This document shows positions 46,830 through 54,828 of a stretch of DNA of 64,000 nt, piece after piece. Origin of the DNA: an uncultured Ruminococcus sp. (GTDB lineage: Bacteria > Bacillota > Clostridia > Oscillospirales > CAG-272). The stretch covers positions 9,939 to 73,938 of the forward strand of contig CACZNC010000001.1 of assembly GCA_902782445.1 (NCBI GenBank), written 5' to 3'. The position numbers were made by a program, and so were the translations under genes. Position 1 is the first letter of the stretch; each line of letters begins with the position of its first letter. The notes beneath the pieces were generated by a model. The model was not told the origin of the DNA. It made no database searches and saw nothing but the letters and a program-made list of their open reading frames with translations.

Positions 46830-47981
46830 ATGAGCGACAGCTACTTCGGCGAACTGATGGTGATCGGTATGCGTGGCTGCGAACAGTTCATCGATCAGGT
46901 GGACTTCTACCTGAAGGAATGGCGCAGGCACGGAGACGACGAAGCGACCTTCGTCACGACGGCAGATTGTCCCCGGTTCGGCTCGGGCGAGGGGAAGGGG
47001 ATCATCCACTCCTCCATGCGGGGCCGCGACGTGTACATCATCTGCGACTGCTTCAACCACGGCGTTACATACCGCATGTTCGGCAAGGAAGTTCCGATGA
47101 GCCCGGACGACCACTACGCGGATTTGAAACGGACGATCGCGGCAATGGCCGGCAAGGCCAAGAGGATCACCCTCATCATGCCGATGCTGTACGAAGGCCG
47201 GCAGCACAAACGCTCGGCGAGAGAATCCCTCGACTGCGCGATCATGCTGCAGGAGCTCGTCGCGATGGGGGTCTCGAACATCATCACCTTCGACGCGCAC
47301 GACGAACGGGTGTCCAACGCCATCCCGCTGACCGGCTTCGACAGCATCCGCCCGACCTATCAGATGCTGAAAGCCCTCGTTCGCGCGGTCCCCGATATCT
47401 CCCTCGCGAACGACGATATCATGATCATCTCCCCGGACGAAGGCGCGATGTCCCGCACGATGTATTACGCCACCGTCCTCGGGCTGGACCTCGGCATGTT
47501 CTATAAGCGGCGCGACTACGCCCATGTCGTGAACGGCAAGAATCCCATCGTGGCCCACGAATACCTCGGCAAGGATCTGAACGGCAAGGACGCTATCATC
47601 ATCGACGACATGATCTCCTCGGGCGACTCCATCATCGACGTGGCCCGTCAGATCAAGGACAAGGGCGCGAAGCGGATCTTCTTCTTCGTCTCCTTCGGCC
47701 TCTTCACCAACGGTTTCGACCTCTTCGACAAAGCCTACGAGGAGGGCCTCTTCACCAAGTGCTTCACCACGAACCTCATCTACCGTCCCGAAGGCCTGCT
47801 CGATAAGGAATGGTACGCCGAGGTCAACATGTGCAAATACGTCGCCATCATCATCGACACCCTCAACAAGGATCAGTCCATCAGCACCCTGCTCAACCCC
47901 GTCAAGAAGATCCACACCATCCTCGACGAACACCAGAAGAAGATGGATCCCCAGATCAAAATCACACCCGATGCGGAATAA
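46830..47981 (+). CDS. prs: Ribose-phosphate pyrophosphokinase (long variant)
   Basis: Start MSDSYFG with AGAGGGG RBS. PRPP-binding IIIDDMISSGDS motif. TGTTATAAT extended -10 at 46766-46774. Confidence 0.85.
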   Translation: MSDSYFGELMVIGMRGCEQFIDQVDFYLKEWRRHGDDEATFVTTADCPRFGSGEGKGIIHSSMRGRDVYIICDCFNHGVTYRMFGKEVPMSPDDHYADLKRTIAAMAGKAKRITLIMPMLYEGRQHKRSARESLDCAIMLQELVAMGVSNIITFDAHDERVSNAIPLTGFDSIRPTYQMLKALVRAVPDISLANDDIMIISPDEGAMSRTMYYATVLGLDLGMFYKRRDYAHVVNGKNPIVAHEYLGKDLNGKDAIIIDDMISSGDSIIDVARQIKDKGAKRIFFFVSFGLFTNGFDLFDKAYEEGLFTKCFTTNLIYRPEGLLDKEWYAEVNMCKYVAIIIDTLNKDQSISTLLNPVKKIHTILDEHQKKMDPQIKITPDAE

Positions 47982-47989
47982 AGGATAGT

Positions 47990-49711
47990 ATGCAGTATTT
48001 CAAGAAACAGACCGCGGCCGCCCTCGACGAGGCGATCAATCAGCTCTCCCCCGGAGTTTCCCCCGGAGCGGCCGAACTTGCGGCATGGCTCGAATATCCC
48101 CCCGATCCCACCCTCGGCGACCTTGCGTTCCCCTGCTTCCGCCTGGCAAAGGCGATGCGGAACGCCCCTCCGAAGATCGCCGCCTCCCTTGCGGAGCTCC
48201 TTGCGGATTTTCCCCTTGGGGAAGCGAAGCCCGTCGGACCGTATCTCAATTTCAGGGTTGGCGAAGACTATCTTCTGAACCGCGTCCTGCCGTCCATCGA
48301 AGCGGCGGGCGATTCCTACGGTTCCTCGGACGAAGGCGCGGGGAAGACCGTCGTGCTCGACTATTCCTCCCCCAATATCTGCAAGCCCTTCCACATCGGG
48401 CATCTCGGGACGACCGTCATCGGGCACTCCCTGAAACTGCTCCATGAATTCGCCGGGTATCGCTGCGTGGGCGTCAACCACCTCGGCGACTGGGGCACGC
48501 AGTTCGGCAAGCAGATCGTGGCGTTCCGGAAATGGGGCGACCGGGAGACCGTGGAGCGCATCGGCATCGACGAACTGGTCCGCCTCTACGTTCGGTTCCA
48601 TGAGGAAGCCGAAAAGGATCCCGCCCTGGAGGATGAAGCCAGGACCGAGTTCCACAAGATGGAGGAAGGGGATCCTGAGAACCTCGCCCTCTGGCAGTGG
48701 TTCGTGGACGTGTCGATAGCCGAGTACAAGAAGACCTATCGCCAGCTGGGCATCGAATTCGAGCACTACACCGGCGAATCTTTCTATATCCGCAACGGGT
48801 ACGGACAGGACGTCGTGGACGAGCTCCGGGAGAAGAAGCTTCTGAAGCTGGACGACGGCGCGCAGATCGTCGATCTCTCCGATTACAATATGCCGCCCTG
48901 CCTCATCGTCAAGAAGGACGGCTCTTCGATCTACCACACCCGGGACATCGCCGCGGCGGAATACAGGAAAAAGACCTTTGATTTCGCAAAATCCATCTAC
49001 GTCACCTCCTCCCAGCAGAGCCTGCATTTCGCCCAGCTCTTCAAGGTCCTCGAACTGATGGGGTACGAATGGGCCGGAGATCTCGTCCACGTCCCCTACG
49101 GAACGGTTTCGGTGGACGGTGCGAAACTGGCGACCAGAAGCGGCAACGTCGTGCTTCTGAAAGACCTCTTCCGCCTCTCCGTCGAGAAGGTCACCGAGGT
49201 CATGAACGAGAAGAATCCCGATCTTGAAAACCGGGAAGAAGTCGCGGAGGCGGTGGGCGTCGGCGCGATCGTGTTCAACTACCTCTATAACAGCCGGATC
49301 AAGGACATCAATTTCACCCTTGAATCCGCGCTCAGCTTCGAAGGTTCCACCGGTCCCTACGCCCAGTACACCTACGCCCGGACCTGCTCGATCCTCGAAA
49401 AAGCCGCGGCGGCCGGGATCCGGGAAGAAGGCGCGGTCCTCAGCCATCCGAGCGAGGCGGAGCTTTTGAAGACTCTCTCCCGCTTCCCCGAAAAGGTGAA
49501 GGAAGCCCTTGACTCCTACGAGCCCTCCGTGGTGACGCGCTACGCTATCGAGGTCTGCACGGCCTTCAACCACTTCTACCGCGACTGCCCCATCGTGACG
49601 GCGGAGACGGAGGAATCGAGAGGGTTCCGCGTGCGGCTGACAAGAGCGGCCGGGACCGTTCTCAGAACCGCCCTCCGGCTGATCTGCATGAAAACTCCCG
49701 AAAAAATCTGA
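47990..49711 (+). CDS. argS: Arginine--tRNA ligase
   Basis: Start MQYFKKQ. SSPNICKPFHIGH (HIGH) motif and a class I core. Anticodon-binding C-terminus. Confidence 0.95.
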   Translation: MQYFKKQTAAALDEAINQLSPGVSPGAAELAAWLEYPPDPTLGDLAFPCFRLAKAMRNAPPKIAASLAELLADFPLGEAKPVGPYLNFRVGEDYLLNRVLPSIEAAGDSYGSSDEGAGKTVVLDYSSPNICKPFHIGHLGTTVIGHSLKLLHEFAGYRCVGVNHLGDWGTQFGKQIVAFRKWGDRETVERIGIDELVRLYVRFHEEAEKDPALEDEARTEFHKMEEGDPENLALWQWFVDVSIAEYKKTYRQLGIEFEHYTGESFYIRNGYGQDVVDELREKKLLKLDDGAQIVDLSDYNMPPCLIVKKDGSSIYHTRDIAAAEYRKKTFDFAKSIYVTSSQQSLHFAQLFKVLELMGYEWAGDLVHVPYGTVSVDGAKLATRSGNVVLLKDLFRLSVEKVTEVMNEKNPDLENREEVAEAVGVGAIVFNYLYNSRIKDINFTLESALSFEGSTGPYAQYTYARTCSILEKAAAAGIREEGAVLSHPSEAELLKTLSRFPEKVKEALDSYEPSVVTRYAIEVCTAFNHFYRDCPIVTAETEESRGFRVRLTRAAGTVLRTALRLICMKTPEKI

Positions 49712-49736
49712 TTGAAAAATAGAACGAGGTATTACA

Positions 49737-50474
49737 ATGTCCGGCCACAGCAAATGGAACAACATCAAGAACAAGAAAGAGAAGACCGACGCCCAGAAGG
49801 GTAAGGTGTTCACCAAGATCGGCAAGGAGATCGCGATCTGCGTGCGCGAGGGCGGCGGGGATCCCAATTCCAACGGCAAGCTCCGCGACCTGATCGCCAA
49901 GGCGAAGGCGAACAACGTCCCGAACGACAACATCGACCGCGCCATCAAGAAGGCGATGGGAGCGGAAGCCGTCCAGTACGAGGAGATCGTGTACGAGGGC
50001 TACGGTCCCTCCGGCGTCGCCGTAATCGTGGAGACCGCCACCGACTCCCGCAACCGCACCGCCTCCGAAGTCCGCCACTCCTTCGACAAGTACGGCGGAA
50101 ACATGGGCTCCACCGGATGCGTGTCCTACATGTTCGACGACAAGGGCGTCATCATCCTGCTCAAGGAAGACAACGAGGACGCCGACGAAGACGCCCTGAT
50201 GGAAGCGGCTCTCGAAGCGGGTGCGGAAGATTTCTCGGCCTCCGACGAGACCTTTGAGATCATCACCGAAGTCGACGATCTGCGGGACGTGCGGGACGCC
50301 CTCGAAGCCCTCGGCTACAAGATCGAATCCGCGGAAGAGGACAAGATCCCCCAGTCCTACGTCACCCTCACCGACGAAAACGACATCAAGAACATGACCA
50401 CCCTGCTCGAAAAGCTCGAGGACAACGACGACGTCCAGAACGTGTACCATAACTGGGAAAACGCGGACGAGTGA
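49737..50474 (+). CDS. yebC: YebC/PmpR-family transcriptional regulator
   Basis: MSGHSKWNNIKNKK N-terminus, 245 aa. Confidence 0.93.
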   Translation: MSGHSKWNNIKNKKEKTDAQKGKVFTKIGKEIAICVREGGGDPNSNGKLRDLIAKAKANNVPNDNIDRAIKKAMGAEAVQYEEIVYEGYGPSGVAVIVETATDSRNRTASEVRHSFDKYGGNMGSTGCVSYMFDDKGVIILLKEDNEDADEDALMEAALEAGAEDFSASDETFEIITEVDDLRDVRDALEALGYKIESAEEDKIPQSYVTLTDENDIKNMTTLLEKLEDNDDVQNVYHNWENADE

Positions 50475-50505
50475 GCCGGCAGGACAGGAAACCGAATCAA
50501 ACGAA

Positions 50506-50544
50506 AAGCTCTCCGGACCAGAATTCCGGGGAGCTTGTTTTTTC
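50506..50544 (+). terminator. Rho-independent terminator
   Basis: 11-bp stem AAGCTCTCCGG/CCGGGGAGCTT (one G-U) followed by GTTTTTT. Confidence 0.65.
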
Positions 50545-50554
50545 GTTATTCATC

Positions 50555-50965
50555 TTATTTTTCCGCGATCCCGGCGGCGAGGACCTCCCGGAGGATGTGG
50601 CCGATGTTCCCGTTCCCGGCGAAGCGTTCGGCGTCGAAATAGTTTTCGTCGACGCTCAGCCAGAAGAGGGGCTGATCCTCAGCGCGCAGCTCGACCGGAC
50701 GGAGGAGACGGCCCGCCCAGATCTGCAGTTCCAGCCCCGTGACGCGGTAGATCATGTCCATCACGTGAGAAAGATGGATATCGTCCCGTCCGATGCCGCT
50801 TTCCTCTTCGAGTTCCCGGTAGGCGGCCTCCTCGTCGCTTTCCCCGGGCTCGATGTGTCCGCCCACCATGTTGAATTTGCCGCAGAACGGGTCCCGCGTC
50901 CGGCGGCAGAAGAGAAGACTGTCCCCTTCTGGCGAGAAGACCATGACGACGTTGCAGCGGATCAT
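50555..50965 (-). CDS. NUDIX hydrolase
   Basis: Start MIRCNVVMVF at 50965. Nudix box GGHIEPGESDEEAAYRELEEESG. Confidence 0.8.
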   Translation of the reverse strand: MIRCNVVMVFSPEGDSLLFCRRTRDPFCGKFNMVGGHIEPGESDEEAAYRELEEESGIGRDDIHLSHVMDMIYRVTGLELQIWAGRLLRPVELRAEDQPLFWLSVDENYFDAERFAGNGNIGHILREVLAAGIAEK

Positions 50966-50967
50966 CT

Positions 50968-51522
50968 TTATACCCCCGCCTGAAAGCTCGCCCAATTCTT
51001 CGGAGAGAGCCGTCCTTCGAGGATCTCCTCCCGCACGAGCAAGAGGGTCCGGTATTCCCTGAGATTCCAGTCCTGTTTCTTCGAGAAGGATGGATGGGAA
51101 TGGATCCGCTCGATGGCGTCATCCAGACGGAGCAGGCAGACCCGGAACCCGCGCTTCTTCTCGCTCTCCGAATAGGCGGTCTCCCCCGGCACCGGATCCA
51201 CTTCGCAGAAATACAGCCGGTTGAACTGATGCCAGATCCTCTCTCTTCGGTCGGAGCGGCGGATCTCCTCGATCTGGCCGAACTCCCGGATGGTGTCGGG
51301 GATCACCCTGTAACCCGTCTCCTCCCGGACCTCCCGGATCAGCGTGTCCGCGTCCCGCTCGCCTCTTTCGCGTCCCCCGCCGGGCAGTTTCAGAAGTCCG
51401 TCGCTGCTCTCGTTCAAGAGGAGGAGCCCGCCGATGAAAATCACGCCCCGCACCGCAGTCCGGCGGATCTCCACCGAAATGCCGTCGTAGTTCCCCGCGT
51501 CCAGCAGAAGAAGATCTTTCAT
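50968..51522 (-). CDS. NUDIX hydrolase
   Basis: Start MKDLLLLD with AAAGGAGG RBS. Nudix box LPGGGRERGERDADTLIREVREETG. The rest of the 386-aa ORF is antisense shadow. Confidence 0.8.
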   Translation of the reverse strand: MKDLLLLDAGNYDGISVEIRRTAVRGVIFIGGLLLLNESSDGLLKLPGGGRERGERDADTLIREVREETGYRVIPDTIREFGQIEEIRRSDRRERIWHQFNRLYFCEVDPVPGETAYSESEKKRGFRVCLLRLDDAIERIHSHPSFSKKQDWNLREYRTLLLVREEILEGRLSPKNWASFQAGV

Positions 51523-51545
51523 TTCCGTGCCTCCTTTTGAAACAG

Positions 51546-52304
51546 TCACTCCGGTTTTTTCGCCAGATAGAGGATGTGGGTGTCGAGAAACACGATCCGG
51601 TCCCCCGCGTCGAGGACGGCCTGCCGCAGACCTTCGAAGAGCAGGCTTTTGTCCGGCTCGGGAATCACGATGTGATCGCAGTGGGTCCCGCAGTATGAGA
51701 CGTATTCGTCGGCGGTGAAGATCCGCTTTCCCGCGTACTCCCGCTTTTCGAATCCGACATATCCGTATTCCGGCGCGGCGGTGTAGCGGAAGGACCCGTG
51801 GGGATAGGGCGTCCCGGGCCTGTAATGGGCGGAATAGACCTTCTGGATCTTCTGATAAAGGTCCTCGTCCGGCGTCCGGTAGTCGCCCCGGGTCAGTATC
51901 ATCGCCAGCGTCCCGCCCGGTTTCAGGAGGGAGAAGGTCTTGGAAAACGCGGTTTTCTCGGGGATCCACTGGATCGTCGCGGCGGAGTAGATCAGATCGA
52001 AGGTCATGCCCCCGAAATCGTGGGTGACGAAGTCGTCCCGGACGATCCGGAAATTCGGGAAGCGGCCGTATTTCTCCCGCATTTTCGCCGCAAGGTGTTC
52101 CCCCAGCTCGACGGCGAGGTAATCGCACCCGGTTTCAAGGACCGGATCCGTCGCCTGTCCCGTTCCGGGGCCGATTTCCAGCGCGGATTTCCCGGGGCCG
52201 ATCCCGGAATACGCGATCAGATCCCGGAAGAGCTCCGCCGAATACCGGGGCCGGTACCGGTCGAACTGCTCGGGGATCGAGTCAAAGGACAGTCTCAGTT
52301 CCAT
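51546..52304 (-). CDS. Class I SAM-dependent methyltransferase
   Basis: ALEIGPGTGQAT SAM motif. LLKPGGTLA. Confidence 0.85.
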   Translation of the reverse strand: MELRLSFDSIPEQFDRYRPRYSAELFRDLIAYSGIGPGKSALEIGPGTGQATDPVLETGCDYLAVELGEHLAAKMREKYGRFPNFRIVRDDFVTHDFGGMTFDLIYSAATIQWIPEKTAFSKTFSLLKPGGTLAMILTRGDYRTPDEDLYQKIQKVYSAHYRPGTPYPHGSFRYTAAPEYGYVGFEKREYAGKRIFTADEYVSYCGTHCDHIVIPEPDKSLLFEGLRQAVLDAGDRIVFLDTHILYLAKKPE

Positions 52305-52392
52305 TCTGCGCTCCCATATCTGTTTCGCGGCGGAATCGGGCGGACGGCGATACCTCCGGGGAAACAGATCGTCAATCGGATTTTCAAACGGT

Positions 52393-53256
52393 TCAGATCA
52401 TTTTATAGAGTTCGAAGCAGGTATGCCCTTTCGGGACGTCTTCGAGTTCGCCTCTGAGCAGATAGCCGTTCTTTTTGAAGAAATCGACGTTCCAGTCGCC
52501 TGCGGTCGTCAGGATCATGGACGCGCCGTTTTCCCTTGCACAGTCTTCCGCTTCCTTCAAAAGAGCAGTGCCCAGCCCCCGCAGTCTCAGCGGCTCTTCC
52601 ACGAACAGCGCGTCGACAAAGCCATACGCGCCTTTATTCACGTCCGCGATCATGCCTGCCGCTAACCTGCCGTCCCTGTCAACGAGCTTCTTGGTAAGCC
52701 CGACCCTCTCGTATTTCGGCTCGTAGGCTTCGTCGTATTTATCAAGGCCGGCCTCTATCGCGTCCGCGTCGTCCTCATTGCCGAAGGAAACCCGGAACCG
52801 CGCGCCGCCGTTGTTGGTCGGCACATAGTCCGGCGTGTCCCTGTCGAGGTACTTGACCAGGGAATAATCGGTATGGCCGTTTGCCTTTTTCAGCGTCGTA
52901 AAGACCGTGTAGCCGTGTTTTTCATAGAACGGTCTCGCCATGTAACTGGCGGTGCCCAGCGTCACGACCCGACAGCCTTTTTCACGCGCGATCCGCTCCA
53001 CCTCCCGGAGGATCATGGAGCCGATCCCCTGATGCCGACAGCGTTCGTCCACCCAAAGCTCTTCAAGCAAGACTCTCGCCCAGCGGTATTCGTATGCTTC
53101 CGCGATGCAGCCGCCGATGATCTCCCCGTTTTCGTTCTCGACTTTGAGGACGAATTCTTCGGCCTCCGCGTCCACTTCGTGCGGCACGATCTCATTGATC
53201 TTTTCGCCGATATATGCGGCTTCTTCTTTTGTCAGGTCCTCGATTGCATAATCCAT
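52393..53256 (-). CDS. Tandem-domain GNAT N-acetyltransferase
   Basis: Two acetyl-CoA motifs (RHQGIGSMILREVERIAREKG and LRGLGTALLKEAEDCARENG). Confidence 0.85.
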   Translation of the reverse strand: MDYAIEDLTKEEAAYIGEKINEIVPHEVDAEAEEFVLKVENENGEIIGGCIAEAYEYRWARVLLEELWVDERCRHQGIGSMILREVERIAREKGCRVVTLGTASYMARPFYEKHGYTVFTTLKKANGHTDYSLVKYLDRDTPDYVPTNNGGARFRVSFGNEDDADAIEAGLDKYDEAYEPKYERVGLTKKLVDRDGRLAAGMIADVNKGAYGFVDALFVEEPLRLRGLGTALLKEAEDCARENGASMILTTAGDWNVDFFKKNGYLLRGELEDVPKGHTCFELYKMI

Positions 53257-53295
53257 TTTTGTCTTCTCCTCAAAAAGCGGATTGGCTTGTTGATT

Positions 53296-53424
53296 TTATC
53301 CGTTTTTCAGACGTTCCGTGTCTTCGACCTCATGCGGAACAGAAATGAAGTCCTTCTTCTGGCGGCACAAGCAGCAAACAATTTCGACGTCGTTTTGTGT
53401 GTAAGGAAACTCATCGCCCACCAC
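53296..53424 (-). pseudogene. Orphan 3' fragment (42 codons) of a RumA/TrmA-family RNA (uracil-5)-methyltransferase gene
   Basis: Hand translation VVGDEFPYTQNDVEIVCCLCRQKK... fits the C-terminal D-x-F-P-x-T-x-H-x-E-x-V-x-L motif (E. coli RlmD ends DMFPHTGHLESMVLF, from memory). In-frame TGA immediately upstream at 53425-53427, where the AT-rich DNA begins. Confidence 0.45.
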
Positions 53425-54802
53425 TCAACAAAGAAATGTTGAGATTATTCTATTATATTTTCTTCGCCGTGTATTCGTTAATTAGAGAGACCACACTATG
53501 CATTACTGATTCGTTCTCTTTAATCTTTTTTATACACTCTATTGCATAACTGATGGCTTGTTTTTGTGAATTGTTAAGTGTAAATTGAGATGGCATCGCT
53601 TGCAAAATGGCTAAACAATCAACGGTGTCTTTAACATCTTCTGCTAAATATTCATGAGGAACATCAATGCCATCAAGTGAATAATCTTTATACTTCCTTG
53701 GTGTTGCATTGCTGATTTTAAAGATCATATCATTGCAATCGCCTTCATAGTATGTGAAAATCCTCTTTGCAAACACTCTCTTTTCGATGCTTTCTTTGAT
53801 GTTCTTCCCCAACAGATAATTTAAATATGATTTATGGCTTTTTGATTTAATAATAGGGTATAGGGAATCAAAGAAATCCGATAGATGTTTTATTGACTTC
53901 CAAGTTCGGATATATCTTCCATTAAGATTGTATTCATTAATCGGCTTATTTCTTCCTAGATTGCCTCTTTCTAATGCAGTCCCATGAAGAATATTCTCAG
54001 ATTTTGTAACCCATTCCAAATTATCTATACATGGATTTGATCGATCTTCGTCGATATGATTAACAAGCGGTTTGTCATCAGGATTTGGAATAAACTGTTT
54101 GGCAACCATAATATGAGCTAATCGGAAGATAGTTCTTTTTTCAATGCGTAAAATATGCGCACGATATCCATTGTGCAAAGTGCCATTGATTATTCTATGA
54201 GTGAGCTTATTGCGAATTTGCCCCATTTTGTTGATTTCATATTGACTGTCCGGAAACTCTATTAGCGGATAAAAGATAAAATACTCTTTGGGTTTCTGGA
54301 TGCCTGTCTCTTCAAAATATTTTTTTGCGGCAAACTCTCCATTGTCCCACGATATATTGTCCAAGGAACAATTATCAGCATTTCCATCAAGATGTATTAA
54401 ATCAGTATAAGAATGAGAACCATCATTGAGCATAAAGGTTTCAGCGACTAATTCGTCAATGCGTCTGGATTTCTTTTCTCCATTCTTATCTTCTAAAGTT
54501 CTAAATACTGCACCATTAGCACCATTTTTTTGTAGGCTTAATATTCTCCCTGTTTTTATACTTCGCAATTGACCATAACGACTAATTTCATATTCTGGGT
54601 ATTCTGCTAACTGGACCCAATCGCTTTTTGCACTCTTCAATTCATCACACTCTTTTCATAATTTGTTGTATTGGGCAGTCATCAAAAACGCCCTTTTGCT
54701 TAGAATGTCAAAAGAAATCTTATGCCTTTCAGAACATATAGCACTTACTTTCTATGACTCATTTTTAGAATCCTTGATCCTATAATAATCCTCTGCATTT
54801 AC
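53425..54802. mobile_element. AT-rich horizontally acquired cassette carrying only an HNH endonuclease gene
   Basis: Hand counts of 60-nt lines give 17/60 and 19/60 G+C here, versus 40/60 in purL. Sharp composition switch at about 53425 and about 54830. Confidence 0.45.
53453..54640 (-). CDS. HNH homing-endonuclease-like protein with two NUMOD4+HNH_3 modules and an IENR/NUMOD1-like tail
   Basis: WVQLAEYPEYEISRYGQLRS + HLDGNADNCSLDNISW. Then FPDSQYEINKMGQIRN + VNHIDEDRSNPCIDNLEWVTKSEN. TTG start. Confidence 0.8.
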   Translation of the reverse strand: MKSAKSDWVQLAEYPEYEISRYGQLRSIKTGRILSLQKNGANGAVFRTLEDKNGEKKSRRIDELVAETFMLNDGSHSYTDLIHLDGNADNCSLDNISWDNGEFAAKKYFEETGIQKPKEYFIFYPLIEFPDSQYEINKMGQIRNKLTHRIINGTLHNGYRAHILRIEKRTIFRLAHIMVAKQFIPNPDDKPLVNHIDEDRSNPCIDNLEWVTKSENILHGTALERGNLGRNKPINEYNLNGRYIRTWKSIKHLSDFFDSLYPIIKSKSHKSYLNYLLGKNIKESIEKRVFAKRIFTYYEGDCNDMIFKISNATPRKYKDYSLDGIDVPHEYLAEDVKDTVDCLAILQAMPSQFTLNNSQKQAISYAIECIKKIKENESVMHSVVSLINEYTAKKI

Positions 54803-54828
54803 ATCTATCTCAACATAGTCCCTTGGCC

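Noticed and set aside
47982-47989. Possible T-box leader for argS
   Set aside because: Only 8 nt separate the prs stop from the argS start, which leaves no room for a leader RNA. The genes are probably co-transcribed.
47873-49948. 691-aa minus-strand ORF opposite argS and yebC; similarly 21712-23712 (minus) and 1174-2667 (minus)
   Set aside because: Antisense shadows of well-supported genes, with compositionally biased translations.
54641-54828. Small ORFs (for example a 26-aa MSKEILCLSEHIALTFYDSFLESLIL) in the AT-rich spacer
   Set aside because: They are too short, have no RBS, and are expected by chance in AT-rich DNA.
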